Of a stretch of DNA of 64,000 nt, positions 1-9,549 are shown in pieces. The notes under the pieces are model-generated. The model was given only the letters and a program-made list of their open reading frames with translations, did not search any database and was not told the DNA's origin. This DNA is from Actinomycetota bacterium. Its GTDB lineage: Bacteria; Actinomycetota; Acidimicrobiia; Acidimicrobiales; JACCXE01. The stretch is from positions 490 through 64,489 of the forward strand of contig JBEHXL010000013.1 in assembly GCA_048498715.1 (NCBI GenBank), in the 5' to 3' direction. The translations under genes and the position numbers were made by a program. Numbering within the stretch: position 1 is the first letter of the stretch; each line of letters starts with the position of its first letter.

Positions 1-1
1 C

Positions 2-181
2 GCGCTCGTGCGAGGCCAGCAGTGGCGCTCGATCGCCTACGAGTCGCTGGTACAACGGCCGCAGCTGGTCTTCGACCACCTCTGCGAGTGGCTCGGCATC
101 CCGAGCGTCGACGTCGGAGAGATCTTCGACGCCAACGAGCGCTACTTCGGGGTGCGACCGCCGAGTGCGATCAGTTCGTAG
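2..181 (+). CDS. C-terminal fragment of probable sulfotransferase-family protein (partial, runs in from window edge)
   Basis: Frame 2 reads ...IAYESLVQRPQLVFDHLCEWLGIP...*, matching the YExLVxxP...LCxWLG sulfotransferase C-terminal pattern; not in ORF track. Confidence 0.6.
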   Translation, partial: ALVRGQQWRSIAYESLVQRPQLVFDHLCEWLGIPSVDVGEIFDANERYFGVRPPSAISS

Positions 182-1512
182 AGCTCGTCGACGATCAGTT
201 CCTTCAGTTCGCCGGGGTTGTCGACCGCCGCGGGGTCGGTGACGAGGCCGAGGTCGAGCGAGTTCTCGTAGGACAGCACGGTGGCGTTGGCCGCCGTGCC
301 GCCCGTCGGGCCCATCGGGTGATTCGACAGCACCTTGGCGCCGGCGACATACAGCGGGAACGGCGCGCCGCGCACGTTGGAGCAGGCAAAGTCGACGGTC
401 TCGATCTGGGTGCGCGCCGCGGCAACGAACAGCGGCGAGGGCAAGCTCGTGAACAACCCGGCCAGCGCGAAGCCGAGGCCCACGCCGCCGGCCTTGGCCG
501 ACTTCACATCGTTGAGACGCTGCGAGATGGCGAGGAAGCGCTTGGCCGGATCACGTTCTGCGCTGAGCAGGACCCGCGCCGGAACGAAGTCGTTGCCACC
601 CACGGACTTGTCGGTGCGCGTGTTCAGCGGGATCGACACGCGGAATTCGTCGACGCTCGCGTCCCGCGCGTCGTGATAACGAGCGACGGCACCGACGATG
701 GCGGCGACGAACAAGTCGTTGACCGTGCCTCCGAGTTGCTTGGCGGCGGCCTTCACCGCGTCGAGCTCGACCCGGTGGGCTTCCAGCGTGCGAGCCGGGC
801 TGCGTTTGCCGACCCAGATCGGGGAGCGGCCCTTGTTCGTGACGGCCAGCTGCTCGACAGTGGCCCGGACGTTGCCCACCGGGTCGCTGCGCACGGTGTC
901 GAACACGGCGCGTCCCATTTCGACCGGGCGGCGCACGGTGTCGAGAATCGCCTCGGCGAGGCCACTCACGAAGCCCGCGATGCCGCCGTCGCCTGCCGCG
1001 GCGGCCTCGTCGATCGTCGGCGTCGGCGCGGCGCGCACCGGTTCTTCGTCGGGCGACAGGTCGAGGAACGACGCCGACAGACGCACGCCGCCCACACCGT
1101 CGGTTACGACGTGGTGGAACTTCGCCAGCAGGGCCGAACGGCCACCACTCAGGCCTTCGACGATCGACAACTTCCAGAGCGGGTGGGACGGATCGAACTG
1201 CTCGGCAAGAAACGCTCCGGCGTGATCGAGCACGGCACGGTCATCCGCATCCGGCATCGCCTCGCGCACGATGTGCCGGCTCAACTCGAAGTCAGGGTCT
1301 TCCTTCCACACCGACCTTTGTCCAAGGGGGCCGGGTTCGATGCGTTGACGCATGCGGTCCACGCCCGCCACCGCGTTCGCCATCCGGCGGCTGAACCGTT
1401 CGAGATCGACCGCACCGTCGAGGTAGGTGACCGTCATGAACGACGACGCGAGGGCCGGGTCGTTCTCGGCGGCCCACATCACCGCCTCGGAGTCGGAGAG
1501 TCGTTCAGCCAT
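142..1512 (-). CDS. Wax ester synthase/acyl-CoA:diacylglycerol acyltransferase (WS/DGAT)
   Basis: HHxxxDG motif (FHHVVTDG), PLW motif, SNVRG C-terminal motif. Confidence 0.9.
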   Translation of the reverse strand: MAERLSDSEAVMWAAENDPALASSFMTVTYLDGAVDLERFSRRMANAVAGVDRMRQRIEPGPLGQRSVWKEDPDFELSRHIVREAMPDADDRAVLDHAGAFLAEQFDPSHPLWKLSIVEGLSGGRSALLAKFHHVVTDGVGGVRLSASFLDLSPDEEPVRAAPTPTIDEAAAAGDGGIAGFVSGLAEAILDTVRRPVEMGRAVFDTVRSDPVGNVRATVEQLAVTNKGRSPIWVGKRSPARTLEAHRVELDAVKAAAKQLGGTVNDLFVAAIVGAVARYHDARDASVDEFRVSIPLNTRTDKSVGGNDFVPARVLLSAERDPAKRFLAISQRLNDVKSAKAGGVGLGFALAGLFTSLPSPLFVAAARTQIETVDFACSNVRGAPFPLYVAGAKVLSNHPMGPTGGTAANATVLSYENSLDLGLVTDPAAVDNPGELKELIVDELYELIALGGRTPK

Positions 1513-2121
1513 CTATTTCGGAATCGACGTCCACTTGAACTCGTTGAGTTCGGGCCAGTCCGTCATCGTCGACACGATCCGTTCGATGGTCGTGATCGCG
1601 CCGGCGCTGTCGCCGTTCGGGCGTTGCCGCAGGCGGACGAACGTCGCAGCGTCGCCCACGATGAAGGTGGGTACGCCGAAGACCTTGTGTTCGTTCACCG
1701 AACGCATGTGGATCTCTCGGAACTGCTCGTTGCGAGCCGGATCCCCGGCGGCTTCGAGGATCTTGGCGTCGTCGAGGCCCACGCTCTGCAGCGTCTCGGC
1801 GATGACCGACGCCTGTCGGGTGTCGAGTTGCTTGTCGTGGCGAGCGGCGAAGAGCGCCTCGTGGGCGTCGATGAACCTGTCGGGATACTCATCGCGGATC
1901 ACGAGCGAGACCAGACCGGCGAGGAGAGCGGGGCCGGCCTCGGGGTTGTCCCACACCGCAGTGCCGCCCTCTTCGACGTGCACCTGGTTCAGGGAGAACG
2001 GTTGGAACGTGACGTCCCAGTCGGCGCCACCGCGCAGGCCGGCTACGAGCATCTCGTGCATGTTGCGGGCCCAGGGGCAGCGGTAGTCGTACGTAACGGC
2101 AAACGACGGAAGCGAACTCAT
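1513..2121 (-). CDS. DsbA-family thioredoxin-fold protein (single-Cys CPW)
   Basis: DYRCPWA and GVPTF motifs; start refined to ATG 2121. Confidence 0.8.
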   Translation of the reverse strand: MSSLPSFAVTYDYRCPWARNMHEMLVAGLRGGADWDVTFQPFSLNQVHVEEGGTAVWDNPEAGPALLAGLVSLVIRDEYPDRFIDAHEALFAARHDKQLDTRQASVIAETLQSVGLDDAKILEAAGDPARNEQFREIHMRSVNEHKVFGVPTFIVGDAATFVRLRQRPNGDSAGAITTIERIVSTMTDWPELNEFKWTSIPK

Positions 2122-2134
2122 ACCGCCCAACAAC

Positions 2135-2677
2135 TTATGGCAGCGGGAAAACCTTCCTGATCGCCAAGCCGATGAGCAGGCCGATGATGGTGCCGCCGAG
2201 GACGTCGGAGGCGTGGTGAATGCGCACGTAGACCCGACTGAAGGCAATGAGGGCAGCCAGCGGGAACACGAACCAGGCCCACTGGGTGCCCTCGCTCAGC
2301 AACATCGCGCCGCAGAAGCTGGCGGTCGCGTGGCCACTTGGAAAGCTCGTCGTGCGCGGGATACGCAGGTGGTACGGCCGGTCGAATTCGGGCACGGGGC
2401 GCTTGCGTCGGAACAGCGACTTGATGCCGCCGTTCACGAACAGGGCCTGGCCCGCTTCGCTGAGAACGCTGCGGATACCGGCGTAGTGCGCCGCTTCGTC
2501 ACCACCAACGCTCGTGAAGTACCGCACCACGGCCAGCAGGATCCAGATCAGCCCGTGGTCGCCGAAGAACGACGCGGTGTAGCAGATGCGGTCGAGTCCG
2601 AGACGGCCCCGCAGCGGCGCGATCCGTGCCTCCGCGCGTTCGTCGAACGCGTCGACCTGTTCCCAAAAGCCCGGCAC
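2135..2677 (-). CDS. PAP2-family (undecaprenyl-diphosphatase-like) phosphatase
   Basis: KxxxxRxRP, SFPSGH and SRVYVRIHHASDV motifs. Confidence 0.9.
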   Translation of the reverse strand: MPGFWEQVDAFDERAEARIAPLRGRLGLDRICYTASFFGDHGLIWILLAVVRYFTSVGGDEAAHYAGIRSVLSEAGQALFVNGGIKSLFRRKRPVPEFDRPYHLRIPRTTSFPSGHATASFCGAMLLSEGTQWAWFVFPLAALIAFSRVYVRIHHASDVLGGTIIGLLIGLAIRKVFPLP

Positions 2678-2683
2678 GGGCGC

Positions 2684-3520
2684 TCAGGCTAAAGCGGCGG
2701 TGGGAAAGGCACCGAACTCGTCGCGCGTCTTGCGCGGGGCGGTGGCAGGGTCACCCCCGAAGGTGGGGCACCACTGCTGAAACGAGCACCACGAGCACAG
2801 CGGGCCGGGATTCGGGCGGAAGTTGTCCTTCTCGCACGCACTCTCGATGGCCTTCCACACCGCGCCGGCGCGGATCTTGAGGCCTCGCACCGATTGGTCC
2901 GACGGCACGGTGATGATCGCTTCTGGTTCGCGCAAATGCAGCAGTTGAATCCGATCAGGGCGCCGGCCGAGGGTGGCCTCGCACATAGCGGCGTAGAAGT
3001 GCACGCCGGCGAGACGCTTTCCTTCGTACTGGACTTTCGGGGCCGAGCCCGTCTTGTAGTCCGTCACCACGAGAGCGCCGTCGGGCGCCAACTCGAGGCG
3101 GTCGATGATCCCGCGGATCTTCACGCCGCCGATGTCGGCCTCGAGGCGCAGTTCGGTGCCGAGCACCTTGACTTCGTTGGGGTCTTCGAGCTTGAAGAGG
3201 TTCAGCGAGAGCACCTCGACGTCGTCCCAGAACACCGCGGCGTCCTCGTCGGACATTTCCAGCTCGACGTACTCCGGATGCTCGGCGTATTCGGCTTTCA
3301 CACGCGGGATCTGGTTGAGAACGGCGTCCTTGGTGCGGTAACCGGGCTCGTAGTCCCAGAAGAGGTGTTCGAGCACGCGGTGCACGATCGTGCCCTTCGT
3401 CGTGTGGATCGACGGGGGCTCGTAGATCTTGTCGATCGACGAAAAACGAAAAGCCAGCCCGCAGTGCGTGAAGCTCGCCACCTTGGAGGGGCTCAGTGCA
3501 CTGGGTAGTTCCAAACTCAC
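2684..3520 (-). CDS. RecB-family PD-(D/E)XK exonuclease with Fe-S cysteines
   Basis: LSPS...C, GTIVH, RGIIDRL, DYKTG, CSWC...WC; start GTG 3520 preceded by TACGGT -10 box. Confidence 0.85.
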   Translation of the reverse strand: MSLELPSALSPSKVASFTHCGLAFRFSSIDKIYEPPSIHTTKGTIVHRVLEHLFWDYEPGYRTKDAVLNQIPRVKAEYAEHPEYVELEMSDEDAAVFWDDVEVLSLNLFKLEDPNEVKVLGTELRLEADIGGVKIRGIIDRLELAPDGALVVTDYKTGSAPKVQYEGKRLAGVHFYAAMCEATLGRRPDRIQLLHLREPEAIITVPSDQSVRGLKIRAGAVWKAIESACEKDNFRPNPGPLCSWCSFQQWCPTFGGDPATAPRKTRDEFGAFPTAALA

Positions 3521-3580
3521 GGGAGTAACCGTACGCCTCGGGTGTGACGAGGTCGCGGAGCGCCACCTAGCCTGCGGCTC

Positions 3581-4789
3581 GTGCGCCTCGGCATCGTCAT
3601 TCCGGCCCTCAACGAGGAGCAGAGCATCGGCTCGACGGTCCAGCGCACGCTCGACGCGAGTACGGGCATCGTGGCCGACTCGCCGGTGACCTCGGTCTCG
3701 GTGACGGTGGTCAGCGACGGATCGACCGATCGGACCGTCGAGATTGCCGAGAGCTTCGGGGACCGGATCCAGCTGATCGTCTTCGAGAAGAACCGCGGCT
3801 ACGGCGCCGCCATCAAGGCGGGGTGGGCACAGATGCCCGACGCCGACCTGCTCGCCTTCCTCGACGCCGACGGAACCTGCGATCCGGCGTTCTTCACCGA
3901 ACTCGCCGCCGTGCTCGACGAGCAGCACGCCGACATTGCGCTCGGGTGTCGCCTCAACGCGGACAGCGAGATGCCGCGGATCCGTCGCCTCGGAAACCGA
4001 CTGTTCGCGGTGCTTCTGTCCGGCCTTGCGTCGACGTCGGTCCGCGACACGGCCAGTGGGATGCGGGTCGTGCGCCGCGAGGCGCTGCCTTTGATGATGC
4101 CGTTGCCCGACGGGCTGCACTTCACCCCGGCCATGTCGGCCCGCGCCTTGCTGAGTGGCGAGATCAAGGTCGTCGAGACCGACATGCCGTACAAGGAACG
4201 CGAGGGCCGTTCCAAGCTGAGTGTGTTGCGCGACGGACGCCGCTTCCTCGAGACGATCCTGCGGACTGCCGCGCTGTATCGCCCGTCGCGCATCCTCGGT
4301 GCCTTCGGGTTCGCGTCGCTGTTCGCCTCCGCGCTCCTCTTCCTCGGCCCCGCCGTCTACTACGCGCAGGAGAAACGACTGCAGGAGTGGATGATCTACC
4401 GCTTCGTCGTCGGCAACCTCGCGGGCGTCGTCGGCGCCTCGTTGCTCTGCGCCGGTTACATCGCCGGCACCACCGTCGACGCCTTGCTGTTCGAGGGGCG
4501 CGTGCGCAGCCGTACTCGCGCGTTCGCCACGCAGGCGCTGCGCGGTCCGATGTTCTGGGCCGCCGAAGCGTTGCTGCTCGTGGGCGGCGGTCTGTTGGTG
4601 CTCCCGAGCGCGATCGAGTTGGTGGAGACGGGCGCGACGCTCACGCACTGGTCGCGCTTCATCGTGATGTCGCTGTTCTACGAAGTCGCAGCGATCCTTG
4701 CGATCACCAAGGTTGCGGCGAGCTTCCTCGGCCTCGCGTCAGAACGCGCCGCGTATCAGCGCCACAACACCGCCCACGGCGGCGATTGA
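3581..4789 (+). CDS. Glycosyltransferase family 2 (polyprenol-phosphate glycosyltransferase-like) with C-terminal TM helices
   Basis: VIPALNEE, DGSTD, NRGYGAA, FLDADG, R..GRSK motifs. Confidence 0.85.
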   Translation: MRLGIVIPALNEEQSIGSTVQRTLDASTGIVADSPVTSVSVTVVSDGSTDRTVEIAESFGDRIQLIVFEKNRGYGAAIKAGWAQMPDADLLAFLDADGTCDPAFFTELAAVLDEQHADIALGCRLNADSEMPRIRRLGNRLFAVLLSGLASTSVRDTASGMRVVRREALPLMMPLPDGLHFTPAMSARALLSGEIKVVETDMPYKEREGRSKLSVLRDGRRFLETILRTAALYRPSRILGAFGFASLFASALLFLGPAVYYAQEKRLQEWMIYRFVVGNLAGVVGASLLCAGYIAGTTVDALLFEGRVRSRTRAFATQALRGPMFWAAEALLLVGGGLLVLPSAIELVETGATLTHWSRFIVMSLFYEVAAILAITKVAASFLGLASERAAYQRHNTAHGGD

Positions 4790-5464
4790 CAACAGCAGGT
4801 TCCGCACGAACCGGTCGTCGACACGCTTGGCGATCCGTTGACCGATCACCCAACCGACGCCGGTTGCCGCGAAGAGCTCCAACAGAAGTGACGGGTGGTC
4901 GAGTTGGGGCACACCACGCACGGCGAAGCTCAGCAAGTTGATGCCGAGGAAATAGGCCTGCAGGGTGGGGCGGTAACTCGCAGCGGGCCAGCCGGCATTG
5001 ACCGCGTACATCGCGGCGGGCGGACCGCCGACACTGGTCGCTACGTTGAGCGCTCCCGAGGTTGCGCCGGCGAGAACGGCCCCGCGCTTGCCCTTCAACG
5101 AATGCGCGCGAGCGCCGGTGGCGAGCAGCGCAGTTCCCGCCAGGATCGTGACGCCGTTGATGATCGACAGCGCATCGGTCGGCAGTTGGTTCACGACGAG
5201 CCCGACGATCGGGATCGCTACCGCCGCCGGAACAAAGAGGCGTACCGCGTCACGCCAGCGGATGCCGTCGCGTTCGTGCACGAGCATCACGATGTTGAGC
5301 GAGCCGGCGACGAGGTTCATCGTCGGCACCGCCGCCGCGGGACCCGTCGCCAGCGACACGAACGGCACGCCGATCAGCGAGAACCCGAGGGCGGCGATCG
5401 CCTGTCCCGCCGAAGCGATGACAACCGCGACGAGCGCGACGACGGTGGCGATGTCGATGGTCAG
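4739..5464 (-). CDS. Sulfite exporter TauE/SafE family membrane protein (probable CTG start)
   Basis: Hydrophobic, with GFSLIGVP and SVGGPP motifs; the conserved N-terminal helix lies upstream of the ORF-track GTG, and the only plausible start is CTG overlapping the upstream TGA. Confidence 0.75.
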   Translation of the reverse strand: MTIDIATVVALVAVVIASAGQAIAALGFSLIGVPFVSLATGPAAAVPTMNLVAGSLNIVMLVHERDGIRWRDAVRLFVPAAVAIPIVGLVVNQLPTDALSIINGVTILAGTALLATGARAHSLKGKRGAVLAGATSGALNVATSVGGPPAAMYAVNAGWPAASYRPTLQAYFLGINLLSFAVRGVPQLDHPSLLLELFAATGVGWVIGQRIAKRVDDRFVRNLLLSIAAVGGVVALIRGAF

Positions 5465-6300
5465 GTTCCGAACGCAGCGAGGATCGACGCGACGGTGCGC
5501 TCGGGATCAGCCAGGCATCCGAAGTGGCCGTGATCGGCCCACACGTCGGTAGTGGCTCGTGGAAGTCGCGCAGCCTGCAGGTCGAGCGTGGCGGGGCCGA
5601 TTGCGTCGCTCGTCTCACCGCACACGAGCGAGACCGGGCACTGCACCTGTGCGAGGCGCGAATACGCGCCGTGTTGGCCACCCATCTCGTAGGTACGTGC
5701 TTCGTGTTCCGGCTCGCACGCGAGCGTGACCGTGCCGTCGGGCAGGTCGCGGAAGCCGCATTCGACGTAGCCCTCGAGCACGCGAGGATCGAGCCACATG
5801 AGCGGGGGCTTGGAGGCGTAGTTCGTGCGGGCCTCCTCACGCGAGGCGAACACAGCCCGTCGACGACGGGCGCCGTCGGCCAGTCGGTTGCCGTTGGGGC
5901 TCGGCGCCTCCATGGGTTGGTCGACGGGGAACACGATGGGTTCGAAGGCCCAGATTGCGTTGAACAGGCCTGGCCGGCGCATCTCCGCCAGGAGCAACAG
6001 TGCGCCGCCGCAGGAATGGCCCACCCCGTAAGGGTTGTCCAGCCCGGCGGCGTCGACGACGGCGAGCGCGTCGGTGGCGAAGCCCTCCCACGCGTAGTGC
6101 CCGTTGGGTGCGGGCTCGCTCGCGCCGTGGCCGCGCTCGTCGAAGGACACGACACGGAACCGTTCGGTCAGCGCCGGAAGCATCGGCGACCACACGCACT
6201 GGTTGAATCCCGTCGCGTGAGCGAGCAGCAGGTCAGGGCCGGTGCCGCCGTGATCTGTGTATGCGATCGCATTGCCGTCTGGGGTCACCGTTGTTGCCAC
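5461..6300 (-). CDS. Alpha/beta fold hydrolase
   Basis: HATGF, DERGHGAS, GHSCGG nucleophile elbow, C-terminal GH. Confidence 0.85.
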   Translation of the reverse strand: MATTVTPDGNAIAYTDHGGTGPDLLLAHATGFNQCVWSPMLPALTERFRVVSFDERGHGASEPAPNGHYAWEGFATDALAVVDAAGLDNPYGVGHSCGGALLLLAEMRRPGLFNAIWAFEPIVFPVDQPMEAPSPNGNRLADGARRRRAVFASREEARTNYASKPPLMWLDPRVLEGYVECGFRDLPDGTVTLACEPEHEARTYEMGGQHGAYSRLAQVQCPVSLVCGETSDAIGPATLDLQAARLPRATTDVWADHGHFGCLADPERTVASILAAFGT

Positions 6301-6325
6301 GACGTCGAACGATAGGTTGCCTTCG

Positions 6326-6979
6326 ATGGCGCCAGCGAAGCCGCAACACGCGAACCAGCGCGACGACGCGCCCGTCGCCCTCGACGACAACGACGAGTGG
6401 ATCGGGCTGCTCGCCGCGGGCGATTACGTCGGCGCCCACGCCGAGGATGTCGAGTGGACCGACGTGATCGCGCGCGGTGGACGCTGGAGCGGCGCCACGA
6501 TCGTGAACTTCCGGGCCACCGACGTGCGGTTCGAGAACTGCGATCTCGCCGGGTTCGTGGTCCAAGAGGAAGTGTCACTGCGGCGGGTCGAGTTCGTCGG
6601 CTGCCGCATGACGGGCGCGGTCTTCGCCGGTGCGCACCTGCGCGACGTGACCTTCACGTCGTGCGTGCTCGACGACGCGAACTTGCGCATGATCGACGCG
6701 CAGGACGTCACGTTCGAAGACTGCAACCTCGTCGAGGCCGACGTGCACGCGGCGAAGCTGTCGAAGGTCGTCATCGCTCGTTGCGACCTGCGCGGCATCG
6801 AGGTTTCGAAATCGGTGATGAGCGAGGTCGACCTGCGCGCGTCACGCCTCGAAGACATCAAAGGGGCCGACGCGCTGCGCGGCGCGACGATCGACTCGGT
6901 CCAGGTGATCTCGCTCGCACGCAGCCTCGCCGGAGCGCTCGGCCTGACCGTCGTCGACGACGACGACTCCGTCAGCTAG
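6326..6979 (+). CDS. Pentapeptide repeat protein (MfpA/Qnr-like)
   Basis: Tandem A(D/N)Lxx-type repeats (CDLAG, AHLRD, ANLRM, CNLVE, CDLRG, VDLRA) and LRGATID tail. Confidence 0.85.
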   Translation: MAPAKPQHANQRDDAPVALDDNDEWIGLLAAGDYVGAHAEDVEWTDVIARGGRWSGATIVNFRATDVRFENCDLAGFVVQEEVSLRRVEFVGCRMTGAVFAGAHLRDVTFTSCVLDDANLRMIDAQDVTFEDCNLVEADVHAAKLSKVVIARCDLRGIEVSKSVMSEVDLRASRLEDIKGADALRGATIDSVQVISLARSLAGALGLTVVDDDDSVS

Positions 6980-7583
6980 CGAAGGCCCAGTCGACCATCA
7001 GCGGCAATTCCTCTCGCCAGAATGGATCGCCGTGATTGCCGTTGCGTTCGGTGATGACGACGTCGGCGCCGGCCGCAGAGAGGTGATCCGCCCAACGCTT
7101 CGCGTTCTCGTAGAACCAGGGTTCCTCGGTGCCGCCGGTGAAGTAGCAACGGGGGAGCGACGAGGGAAGCGGGGCGGCAGGTTGATGGCCGCCGCCGGGG
7201 GAGGCGCACAACACCGCACCGAACACGTCCGGGTGCGCCAAGCCGAGCGCGATCGCGAGTTCGCCGCTGGCGGACACGCCGAACATCGCCGTGCGTTCAG
7301 GCGGCAACGAAACGTCGAACGTCGACAGCACCCACGAGCGCACGTCGTTCATGAGGAACGACTCGTGGACCCCGAACCGCGCGGGTTCGAACGAGGCCGA
7401 GTACTCGTAGATGCGCGTCTCTTCGTCGTCGACGCGGTGCACGCCCACGATCATCACGCCGTCGAGGTCAGCACCCCACGGGGCGAGGATCTGGCCGTCG
7501 CCGCAGTAGAGCACCGCCGTCGGCGCGCCCTCGGGCACCCAGACGCTGACGTCGCGGAACGCGAACGACTCGGTGACCAGCAA
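6972..7583 (-). CDS. Putative esterase (alpha/beta hydrolase)
   Basis: YCGDGQ, GVSASG, HPDVFG, GNHG motifs. Confidence 0.7.
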   Translation of the reverse strand: MLVTESFAFRDVSVWVPEGAPTAVLYCGDGQILAPWGADLDGVMIVGVHRVDDEETRIYEYSASFEPARFGVHESFLMNDVRSWVLSTFDVSLPPERTAMFGVSASGELAIALGLAHPDVFGAVLCASPGGGHQPAAPLPSSLPRCYFTGGTEEPWFYENAKRWADHLSAAGADVVITERNGNHGDPFWREELPLMVDWAFAS

Positions 7584-7883
7584 CTAGTGCTCGTGCGGGA
7601 TGCCGTATTTGTGGGCGTGCTCGTGCGCCATCGCGCTACGGGCGGTGATGCGACGCAGCGGTGGCACGGTAGGCGGCGGGTTCTTTCGCGCCGGCAGCTC
7701 CCGGAGCAAGTCGGCGCTCGCCTGGGTGATCAGCGCCACGGCTTTCTCGAAGGCCGCCTCAGTCGCCTCTGACGTCTTCGCGACACCACTGATCTTGCGG
7801 ACGTACTGACGGGCCGCGGCCTCGATCTCGACGGGAGTCGCCTCCGGCTCGAGGCCCCGCAGGGTGGTGATGTTCCGGCACAT
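7584..7883 (-). CDS. DUF2277 family protein
   Basis: MCRNITTLRGLEPEAT...AAARQYVRKISG signature. Confidence 0.85.
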   Translation of the reverse strand: MCRNITTLRGLEPEATPVEIEAAARQYVRKISGVAKTSEATEAAFEKAVALITQASADLLRELPARKNPPPTVPPLRRITARSAMAHEHAHKYGIPHEH

Positions 7884-7893
7884 GCCCTTGAGG

Positions 7894-9537
7894 CTACGAC
7901 CGCGAGAAGGACTCCCGCAGCCGATCGAAGTTGGCGACGGACTCGTCGAGGCCACCGGGCCGGTTGCGCAACGACCAGATCCGGCGGTGCTCGGCGTCGA
8001 TTGCGTCCACGCGTTCGCGCAACGACGCGAGCGTCTCCTCGGATGCGAACGCCAGCGTTCCGTCCGCCTTCACCCGCTCGATGCCGACGTCGATCAGCAG
8101 CGCCAAGAGGGTCGCGGTCGCGCGGATCTCGTCTTGATCGAGTTCGGTGCCACCCTCGATGGCCGCTACTGCGGCCTGGACCTGCGCCGCGCACCGCTCC
8201 AGGTCTTCCACCGTGATGCCTTTCGTAACAGAGTTGTGCCCGAAGCGGCTTTGGGGGCGGTACATCGGGATGCACAAGACCGACGAGTTGAACAGCTGCG
8301 GGCCGACGAGCGTGTGTGCGTCGCCGAGGAGACGCAGTGACGGCGCGAGATCCACCACGTCGTCGAGCATCGATTCCTCGCAGGCCGACGGGTTCCAGCC
8401 GTTACCGGCGAGCCAGGCGAACATCGGTTCGCTGACGATGTGGTGCTGGACGTGGCCCTGGTCGCCCCAGTCGGTGACCATGATCCCGGCCGCGCCATTG
8501 GCCTCGCCGGCGGTGGCCGCCGACGCGATGTTCGTGATGGCGTTGGTCCAGCGGCCTGCGACCGTGTTCCACGCCGAGGTGCCCGGGCACAGCCAGAACG
8601 GAAGTCCCATCGCTTTCAGTTCGGCGGCGCGCTCGTCGAAGGGTTGCGCGGCCTCGTAGCCCCAGTCGCAGATCGTGACACCCGCAGGGATGCGCTCGAG
8701 CAACTCCGGGTTGTGGACCAGCACGTCATCCCACGCCAGGACGTCGTGGTCGGCGAGTTCGGGCGCGTCGCGCAGCGCTTGGAGATAGGTCACCCAGGCG
8801 TTGGCGCGATCGTCGGCCAGCTCCCACGGCTCGTCGAGGCCGACGTGGGCGCGACGGCTGCGGAAGTTCGGCAGTAACTCCCCGAACAGCTCACGCGCCA
8901 ACGCGAGCGTCGCAGGATTGGCTGGATCCGCGGTCATGGGCGGCATCGACTGCCCCCAGGGCGCGGTGAACCCATCGGGCGAGATCGCCAGCGGCTTGTA
9001 CCGGTCGTGCTTGAGCCAACGCTCCATGTGCCCGAGACAGTTCTGCTGACCGGTGAGTTCGATACCGAGGCCGTGCGCGTAGTCGTCGAGTTCGCGGATC
9101 TCCTCGGCGGTGTAGGCCGACGCGTCGCGCCACACCTCGCTGTGGTGGGTGTAGGCGAAGGTGTGCTCGAGATACAGCTCGACGTGGTTGATCTTCCACG
9201 CCGCGAGCCGATCGAACAGCGCCTTGAGCGTCTTGAGCGTCGGCACCCGACAGCGCGAGACGTCGAGCATCACGCCGCGGACGGCGATCGCCGGCCAGTC
9301 CTCGATGATGCCGACGGGTAGCGCGCCGCCGTGATCGTCGTGGAGCTGCTCGAGCGTCGTTGCGGCGTAGCGCGCGCCGGCCTCGTCGCTCGCTTCGATC
9401 GACACGTTCTTCTCGGTCAGCGTGATTCGGTAACCCTGCGGAGGCAGGTCGCACTCGCCGATGACCGGACGCGCCACATCAGCCGCAGTGACGAGATGAT
9501 CGGAAAGCTCGAGGCGTTGGGGAGGTGGCCAGATCAC
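7894..9537 (-). CDS. Glycoside hydrolase family 20 (beta-N-acetylhexosaminidase-like)
   Basis: IEDWP..RGVMLDVSR, LGHME, HVGLDE catalytic motif, TDWGD. Confidence 0.85.
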   Translation of the reverse strand: MIWPPPQRLELSDHLVTAADVARPVIGECDLPPQGYRITLTEKNVSIEASDEAGARYAATTLEQLHDDHGGALPVGIIEDWPAIAVRGVMLDVSRCRVPTLKTLKALFDRLAAWKINHVELYLEHTFAYTHHSEVWRDASAYTAEEIRELDDYAHGLGIELTGQQNCLGHMERWLKHDRYKPLAISPDGFTAPWGQSMPPMTADPANPATLALARELFGELLPNFRSRRAHVGLDEPWELADDRANAWVTYLQALRDAPELADHDVLAWDDVLVHNPELLERIPAGVTICDWGYEAAQPFDERAAELKAMGLPFWLCPGTSAWNTVAGRWTNAITNIASAATAGEANGAAGIMVTDWGDQGHVQHHIVSEPMFAWLAGNGWNPSACEESMLDDVVDLAPSLRLLGDAHTLVGPQLFNSSVLCIPMYRPQSRFGHNSVTKGITVEDLERCAAQVQAAVAAIEGGTELDQDEIRATATLLALLIDVGIERVKADGTLAFASEETLASLRERVDAIDAEHRRIWSLRNRPGGLDESVANFDRLRESFSRS

Positions 9538-9549
9538 CCCCGCACCATG

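Noticed and set aside
1510-1515. Stop-codon readthrough or pyrrolysine fusions at in-frame TAG-start junctions (also 7583/7584, 57771/57772)
   Set aside because: Each downstream ORF has its own start codon and belongs to a separate family; best explained by tight packing.
22-2160. Long antisense or alternative-frame ORFs (also 27757-29673, 38164-40578, 55280-56797 and others)
   Set aside because: Shadow ORFs typical of high-GC genomes, lying opposite well-supported genes and lacking motifs.
2684-3520. Cas4 / CRISPR adaptation gene
   Set aside because: Fe-S PD-(D/E)XK nuclease of the common stand-alone actinobacterial RecB-family type; no cas1/cas2 or array in the window.
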